64,000 bases of DNA from Eimeria praecox (Eukaryota): contig OY986950.1 of the NCBI GenBank assembly GCA_963920595.1, forward strand, positions 496,001-560,000, read 5' to 3'. Numbering within the stretch: the first letter of the stretch is position 1; each line of letters opens with the position of its first letter. Below the pieces are notes generated by a model. It saw nothing but the letters and a program-made list of their open reading frames with translations. It did no database searches and was not told the DNA's origin. Shown here in pieces: positions 36,332 through 64,000 of this stretch. A program made the translations under genes and the position numbers.

Positions 36332-36490
36332 TTATTGTTTATTGTATAAACATTTCTCTATAAAATCAAGAAAATCTTCTATTTCTTCTTCATTGGTTTC
36401 ATGTTGAAGACCATCGTAGCTTTTAAACACAAATCTATTCTTGCAGCTCTGAATTTTGTTTGCTGCTGCTGCTGCTGCTGGTGCTGCTGC

Positions 36491-36524
<34 letters not shown>

Positions 36525-36532
36525 TCTGGTGC

Positions 36533-36565
<33 letters not shown>

Positions 36566-37189
36566 TGCTGCTACTCTCTCTGCTGCAGCAACTGCCTTGT
36601 TGAAAGAATCGCGAGCGAATTCATAATCTACTACAGAATCTGCAGTTCCGTGAAGATGAAGAAACTGAAAAGATTTGTTTTTAAATTTATTATTAATATT
36701 TATATTTAATTGTTGAATAGCGGGACACCAACCACTCAAACAAATAGCATTCGATAAATTAAGCTTACTTTTCATGAATATATAATATGTTAATGCTCCT
36801 CCTTGACTAAATCCTGCAAGAAATATTCTTTCAAGTTTAATATTATTTTGTATTTCTTTTCGTATTATATCTTCAATACGATCTGAATTTCGTTGAAAAC
36901 CCTCGAAATCTTCATCTACATCACGACGCGATGAGCGCGAGTCAAACCAAGCATTACATCTTATCCCATATTTTGTTATATATATTTCGTCTGCTGTTGG
37001 AAGAATAATACGAAAACGATTACGAAGAGATTCTCTTTCATTTAATATATTTAATAATACAGACCATCCTTGACCTGAATCCCCTCTACCATGAAGAAAT
37101 ACTAATGTTGAATCTGCTGATGGAGGAAAGATATGCAATCCTCTCCCTCCATAACCGTCTCCTATACTAAATTGACTCTCTGATTCCAT
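36332..37189 (-). CDS. Phospholipase/carboxylesterase family alpha/beta hydrolase (acyl-protein thioesterase / lysophospholipase-like), single exon, 285 aa
   Basis: Uninterrupted ATG-to-stop ORF with LVFLHGRGDSG, AWFD, IFLAGFSQGG (nucleophile Ser), HGTADSVV (Asp) and YDGLQHE (His). Confidence 0.92.
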
Positions 37190-37857
37190 TTTCTTTGATT
37201 AATATAAAATAAAAAATATGAACGAAATTCAAATGTGGTTGAGTTGATCAGGTGTAGCTAGCAGGTGTATATGCAGCTGCATGTACACCCCAGACAAAAA
37301 AGAAAGCTGTGGAAACCTCCACGAAATTCAGAATTTTTTCTCAAATATACCCTTCCAACAATAATTTAATTTATTATCTTCCTAAATAATTCTTTTTTAA
37401 TCATAAAATTTCGTTGGTTTCAGCAAAAAAACCATACTCGATATGACGCCGCTGCAGCCGCCGGAGGCGATATGCATGATGAGGAAGTAGAAAAGCCCTT
37501 CGTATTTATTTCTCTTCTTCTTTGTTTTTTTAGTTTTTTTTACGTTTTTATCTTTTATTCGATGAATAAAACAAATACAATACCCTGCGGTTTCGATTTA
37601 AGCGAAGTTTCACAGTAATTTCAGGTTTTACTCGAAGGCTTTCAATCCCCCCTCCATGTTTTTCTTCTATGTTTAATTAAATAAATTAAATCCACTCAAA
37701 ATAATTTTTTTTAATTTTTTTATTGCTGCAGAATTTCCAGTAAATCTTCGGATTTGTGGGGTCAAAAGCCCTAGACAGCATCAATCAATATAATATACGT
37801 ATATACAACTTCCAGGCAACGAGAGTCTGTCTACAACTAACACACACACAAACTTAT

Positions 37858-38045
<188 letters not shown>

Positions 38046-38394
38046 ATATCCTATATTCGTATTCTATCTAGATTTGCTATTGTATGTATTTCTGTGTTTA
38101 TTGTTCTTTCTTTGCGTCTCTGCTACAAATACTAATTTTGTTTCGAGTAGTCTGTTTATACCTTAACATCTACTACTACTTCATCTATTTATTTTATTTA
38201 CTTTATTTATTTTATTTATTCTTATTTATTTTATTTATTTAATTTATTTTATTTATTTTATTTATCTATATTATTTATATTATTTATTTTATTTATTTTA
38301 TTTTTCTAACAAATATTTTTCTATGAATATTATTTGACTCTTCTTAAGCCAAACTCACTGTCAATTGGTTTACGCTATGATCTCAAAACATCCC

Positions 38395-38903
38395 TGCATG
38401 CAGATTAATATACTTTGCATGCATGCATGCATGCATACGTAAAGCCCCATGCATGCATAGTACATGCATGCATGCATGCATGCATTGACGCATGCATGCA
38501 TGCATTGATGCAGGCATAGTAGATGCATGCATGCATGCATGCATGCATGCATGCATACGTAAAGCCCCATGCATGTAGAGTATGTACGCTGCATGCAAAG
38601 TATGTAGATATACAAACATACATACATACATACACACGTACATACATACATACATACATACATAAATACATACATACATGCATGCATGCAGTAAAGTATG
38701 TTTGTTTGCATGCATGCATGCATGCATGCATGCATGCATGCATGCGTTTGTGTTATGCATGCAAATAATGAATATGTGTGTGCATGCAAAGTAAATAAAT
38801 ACGTAAGCATAGCACTGCCTCCCCCAAATCCTGGAGGCTTAAGAAGCAGCTTAAACCTAGAAAAGAAAAACAAGAAAACAAACTCTGATATCTCTAGCAG
38901 CCC

Positions 38904-38960
<57 letters not shown>

Positions 38961-39036
38961 CTGCTGCTGTTGCTGCTGCTGCTCCTGATTTCGCTGCTGC
39001 GGATATGATATATGTATGCATGCATGCATGCATGCA
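38395..39036. repeat. (TGCA)n / TGCATGCA array between the thioesterase 5' end and the CDPK 3' end
   Basis: Multiple (GCAT)n runs. The segment GCATGCATACGTAAAGCCCCATGCATG is duplicated at ~38429 and ~38549. Confidence 0.9.
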
Positions 39037-39083
39037 TTTTAAACAACAAAGACAGACGATAAAGAGAGAATATAATATAAAAG

Positions 39084-39121
<38 letters not shown>

Positions 39122-39277
39122 ATTTGGCTTCATTTATATAATATTCATTAATTAAATACATACTTATATTAATTATTATTACTCAAGATAATATAACAGT
39201 ATAAACCCTTTTACAGACAGTTACAATAGAAATAAGTAGAGAATCGATAGACAGCAGGTTAGATAATACAGAATAAT

Positions 39278-39324
<47 letters not shown>

Positions 39325-39476
39325 CATAAAACACAGAATACAGAATAGAGTCCGTAATAGATAGATTATATTATATCGATAGTATAATATAACATATCGT
39401 ATATAACAGTGAATATTACAGAATAGAGAATAGATATAATAAAATATAATTAAGAATAGAGAAGATACAGTATAGA

Positions 39477-39522
<46 letters not shown>

Positions 39523-39636
39523 TCTATATTCTTCATATAATAATCTGCATGCATATAAATATCAAGTTTGTACTTCATAGAAATTATTTCTAACATTCTT
39601 CTCTCTCTCTCTCCCTGACGCTACACGCTCCCTTAC

Positions 39637-39670
<34 letters not shown>

Positions 39671-40324
39671 TATTTATATATATAATGACTCCTCAACTCC
39701 TCCTCATATGTTAGAAGACGCAACAAGCAACAAAAGTTTTATTTTTATTTATTTATTTATTTTATTTTCTTCTTCTTCTTCTTTAAGTAAGTAGAATAAG
39801 AAGGTTAATACTCATGCAGACAGTAAACAACAGAAATAATATAATAATATAATATAATATAATATAACAATAATAATAATAATTATTATTATTCTTATTA
39901 TATATATTTTCTTATATATAATAATAGTAATAGATACTTAGATAGACGCATAAATAAACTGAGAGAGATAATAACGCTAGCATAATATAATAATAATAAA
40001 AATAATATAATAATAATAATAATAATATAATATAATAATAATAATAATAATAATATAATGACGATATAACCAGAACACACAAACAACCATAGAATGCCGA
40101 ATATAACACGAATAGGATTATAATTAGTATAATAATAATAATAATAAAATATAATAATAATAATATAATATAATATAATATAATATAATATAATAATAAT
40201 AATAATAATAATAATATAATTTCTACGCTCGTTCAATTATTATGATATGTTGTACAGAGAAGACCGACGCTGTCTCTGTTTTCTCTATCTCCCTCACAAC
40301 AACAACACCAACACCAACACCATA

Positions 40325-40365
<41 letters not shown>

Positions 40366-40392
40366 TAATATATAATCTACTTGTATCTTTCT

Positions 40393-49030
<8,638 letters not shown>

Positions 49031-49057
49031 ATGGGATCAATAAACAACACTATCAAA

Positions 49058-49092
<35 letters not shown>

Positions 49093-49257
49093 CTGCTGGT
49101 GTTGCTGCTGCTGTTGCTGTTGCTGTTGTTGTTGTTGCTGTGTTGCTGTTGATGCTGTTGATGCTGCTGCTCTTGCTGTTGATGCTGCTGCTCTTGCTGT
49201 TGATGCTGTTGGTGTTGCTGTTGTTGCTGTTGATGGTGTTGATGATGCTGCAGCTGA

Positions 49258-49289
<32 letters not shown>

Positions 49290-49525
49290 CTGTTCTAGTT
49301 GATGCTGCTGTTGTAGCTGTTGTAGCTGTTGCTGCTGCAGCAGCAGCTGCCGCTGCTCTTGCTTGCTGTTGCTGCTGTTGCTGCTGTTCTCTAGTTGATG
49401 CTGCTGTTGTAGCTGTTGCTGCTGCAGTAGATATTTATATTTGAGTTAGTTTATAATGTTGAACGAAGGGAGAAAAGAATGCAAGGAATAATTAAAACAC
49501 TACAAAAGATCTGCTTTCGATGCTG

Positions 49526-49588
<63 letters not shown>

Positions 49589-49988
49589 CAGCAGCAGCAG
49601 GAGCAGGAGGAAGAAGAAGAAGAGGAAGAATAAACAAAGTATCTTCTCTGTTTATTTTATTACTATCATATTCTACAACAACAACAACAACAACAACAAT
49701 TGCTGCTGCTGCTGCAGTAGATAGAAGAAGATATACTTTCGAGTGTATGTACAGCTCAGCACAGTGTAACCTTGAAGGCCTTATGGGTAGAAAGGAAGAA
49801 GAAAGCGAGATAAAAATGAATATTAGGGTGGTATTTGTTGAATATAAAGTAAATAAATAAATAATATATATATAAAATAAATAATAATAATATAAAACAT
49901 ACACAAATATACATACAAATAACATCAAAATGCTTCAAGACCATCGCGCTGTGCGCTCCGGTGTACATACAGCTTTCTTGTAGGATGT

Positions 49989-50028
<40 letters not shown>

Positions 50029-50139
50029 GAATATAATAAAATAAAATTAAATAAATAAATATTATTTTTTAAAATATTTAAATAATAATATATATAAACT
50101 CATATATGATCTTGAAGGTATTGTTATTGTGTGTTTCTT

Positions 50140-50221
<82 letters not shown>

Positions 50222-50585
50222 TTATATATATTTTGTATTTGTTATCTTGAGAAAGAAGAGAGGAATCTGTAGGGTTTATTTTACGAATCAAACATGAATA
50301 TGAATATATATAATTAATTATTTTATATAATTTATTTTATTTTATATTTATTTTATTATTTATATATTTATAAAATATATAATGATATCCTTGATAACAT
50401 CAAACTGCTTCTGTTCTTCTTCTTCTTAATAACATCATCATAACAATCTCTAGCAATACAACTTTCTTATCTTTGTTTATTTATATATTTATATATTTAT
50501 ATATTTATATGTTTATTTTATATAATTTAAAAACATTAATAAATTAATTAAGCTCGTATTCATCATAAATGCTGTGCCCTTTACT

Positions 50586-50649
<64 letters not shown>

Positions 50650-50900
50650 GAAGCAGCAAGAATATTAAGAAGGTTCTGAATATGGGTTTAGGTGTATGCG
50701 CAGTTTCTTTGTATAATTTATATATTTATTTATTTTGTTTTTATATTTTAAAACACAAGAAGAACATATACTGCTAGAGCTGTAGATTATAATAACCTTC
50801 TACTGCTGCTTCTTTATTATATATATATATATACACACACGCAGCAAGCACACAAATATTTTGTTGCTGCTGCAGCAAACAGTCAAACCCCTGCAGCATC

Positions 50901-50947
<47 letters not shown>

Positions 50948-50963
50948 TTGCTGCTGTTGCTGC

Positions 50964-50994
<31 letters not shown>

Positions 50995-51094
50995 CTCTTG
51001 TCTTCATAGAAAAACCAATAAAAACCAAAGTAAACATCTACCAGCAACAACCCCAAATCTATGTCTATAGGAATATCTATCTATCCTATCTGTC

Positions 51095-51132
<38 letters not shown>

Positions 51133-51229
51133 ATGCCTGTCTAGATATACTATCTATACATCTATGTGTATATCTCCCTAACTATACCCATACCTAACTA
51201 TATCTATGTCTATATCTATATCTATCTAT

Positions 51230-51310
<81 letters not shown>

Positions 51311-51694
51311 AGTATCAGTTCGATATTCTCTCTCGAATGGTTTAATAATATTTGTATAAACAAATTTGTCTTTGGCTGTTTGTTTGTTTGTTTGTTTATT
51401 TATTTATTTATTTATTAATTTATTTATTTATTTATTTATTTAGTTTATGTACGCATACACCCGCTGTCGATACACCTCAGCATATGTCAACGCTGCTGCG
51501 CACTGCAACGGCGTAATTATCTTTATTATATTATATATATATATAATTATATATTATATATAATTATATATATAATTATATATATTATATATAATTATAA
51601 TATATATAATTATATATACTATATATAATAAAGATAATTATATATTGTATATAATATAGATATTATATACAATATATATAATATATAATATACA

Positions 51695-51743
<49 letters not shown>

Positions 51744-51826
51744 AGAGAAACAATATATATCACCTATATATTATATATAATATATATAAATAGACAATAT
51801 ATATTACATACAATATAAGATATATA

Positions 51827-51889
<63 letters not shown>

Positions 51890-51983
51890 AATGCTTGTTT
51901 TATACGTTTATCGATAGATATGTATCTGTACCGTTGCTCCTATCCCTCCTCCTCCCCCTCCCCCTCCTGCTGCTGCTGCTGCT

Positions 51984-52022
<39 letters not shown>

Positions 52023-52169
52023 TCCTGAGCCCACGCCTTCTCCTGCTCCTCCCCTCATAACACCACCCCCACCACCACCACTAACAACACCACCACCAAC
52101 ACCACCAACAACAATATAATAATAATATAAACAATACAACTAATAATATATAATAATAATAATAATAAT

Positions 52170-54365
<2,196 letters not shown>

Positions 54366-55193
54366 TATGATCGAATATATAAATTAAAAATAACAATAAT
54401 TGTTTAGATATGTACAGAAAGTGTTTTGATATAATCTCGGGGCTCTGGCGGGAGAGGAAGTAGATCCAAATAAAATACGAGGAAACTCGAAAAAAAAAGA
54501 GAGAATATAAAAATAAATATAATTATAAAAGATATTATTCAAGAAATATCTTAAATAGCAACATAATAAACACCATAATCTAATATATATATGTCTACTA
54601 CAATCCTTGAATCTGTATGTATGTGTATATATATACTACAATACATCTAATAGGGCTTTTATTGTTCTGTTCGAAGATAATTAAACCATAAAAAGCAACA
54701 TTATATCCATCTAAACAATAAAATAAAATAAAAAATACATTTAAAATTAAATTTAATACAAAATTGTACACAAATAAACCCAAAATATATACAAATATTA
54801 CTTTAAACAAACATACACCTGCCTATACACCCCAGCACACAATAAATATGAATATGACTTTCTATGGTTGAATGCGATGAATTAACTTTGTGTTTTTTTA
54901 TAAAAATAATAATAAATAATTTTATTTAATATTTTAATTATATTATTTATATTTAAAACATTCAAATACATATTTTATACCTCCTATCTATACTAATCCC
55001 GCAACCATACATATATTCAACGCACACACAGATTATATCTGAAGATATGTTATAAATAGTAATAGTAAATAGCAAACAAAAACAAAAAATTAATAAACAA
55101 TTTAAATAAAAACAAATTAAAATATAAAATATAAACACATTTAAATCCATATACAATAAAATCACTCTTTAACAAACAAACTAAACCTGTTAC

Positions 55194-55266
<73 letters not shown>

Positions 55267-55528
55267 TGTATATATATTTTATTTGTTTATATTTATTTAT
55301 TAATAAACTATTTTATTATTATTTTTATTTATTATTATTTATTTATTTTATACACTAACACCCGCATATATGGATATGATAGACAGAGTTGAGGTGTATA
55401 TGCAGCTAAGGCTCATTTGTTTTTTTGATATTATTCGATGTTTATGTTTGTATTTTTCTTTTAAATTTATTTATTTAATTGTTTTAAATCCTCTTCTCTT
55501 TCTTTCTATTCCTCAACCTTGCAAACTG

Positions 55529-55594
<66 letters not shown>

Positions 55595-55774
55595 GGCTGT
55601 TGCTGCTTTGCCGCGGATGTGTCTCTGATTGTGTTTTGTTGTTGTTGTTGTTGTTGTTGTTGTCTTTCTGTTTTTTTGAGTGTATGTACACCCGAAATTA
55701 AATTAATAAATTAACAAACTAATGTTACTTCGTCTCGATCATACATTCATTCCGTACGGAAAAAACAAAAACTA

Positions 55775-55848
<74 letters not shown>

Positions 55849-56322
55849 GCAGCAACAGTGATAGTGAGAATAAAATAGTATAAGAGCGTTGATTTCATAC
55901 AAATACAAATTTTAGCTTGTTTTTATTAATTTATTTAAATAAATATTTTATTTATTTATTATATATAAACTTCATTTTATATTTTGTTTATTTACTGCTG
56001 TTGCTGCTGCAGTGGTAGCTGCCTATACACCCCAGAGTGTATACAATAGAGGAATCCCCATATAGAGGGAAGAAGAATAGAAGAATAGATATAATTAATT
56101 GAATAGAATATAAATTAATTAATTTAAAACTAAAATAAAATAAACAACAATATATCTAAATATATTAAAACAAACAAAACATAAAACAAACAAACAAAAC
56201 AACAAAAACACGAAAAACAAAACAAATAAGCAGAAAGAGTGAGTGAAAGAGAGAAGAAAATAAAATAAAATAAAATAAAATAAATTAGAATAAAATAAAA
56301 TATTTAAATAGTTTTATTTAAA

Positions 56323-64000
<7,678 letters not shown>

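Overview
Eukaryotic, intron-rich apicomplexan DNA with the repeat signature of Eimeria-type coccidia: pervasive (CAG)n producing homopolymeric A/Q/S tracts in exons, interstitial (AAACCCT)n, (TGCA)n, (TAGC)n and (TA)n. Most entries in the ORF track are repeat artefacts, so real genes had to be rebuilt from exons. Left to right: a partial hypothetical gene (-); a ~22-23 kb multi-exon cellular (RNA-silencing-type) RNA-dependent RNA polymerase gene (-) with an N-terminal RRM-like segment, an intact DLDGD motif and a very large unexplained insertion before its C-terminus; a divergently transcribed organellar IF2-like GTPase (+) with an atypical P-loop and apparently no C-terminal fMet-tRNA-binding domain; an intronless acyl-protein thioesterase/lysophospholipase (-); a calcium-dependent protein kinase with DWG and 4 EF-hands (-); a UEV1/MMS2-type E2 variant (-); and the 3' part of a kinesin-4/KIF21-like motor with a WD40 tail (-). 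There is a 200-N gap at 9696-9895. Exon boundaries were read by eye from GT/AG sites and phase and are not transcript-validated. The best leads are the giant RdRP and its insertion, the truncated IF2, inverted telomeric arrays bracketing several introns, and a recurrent GGTGTAC-type palindrome.
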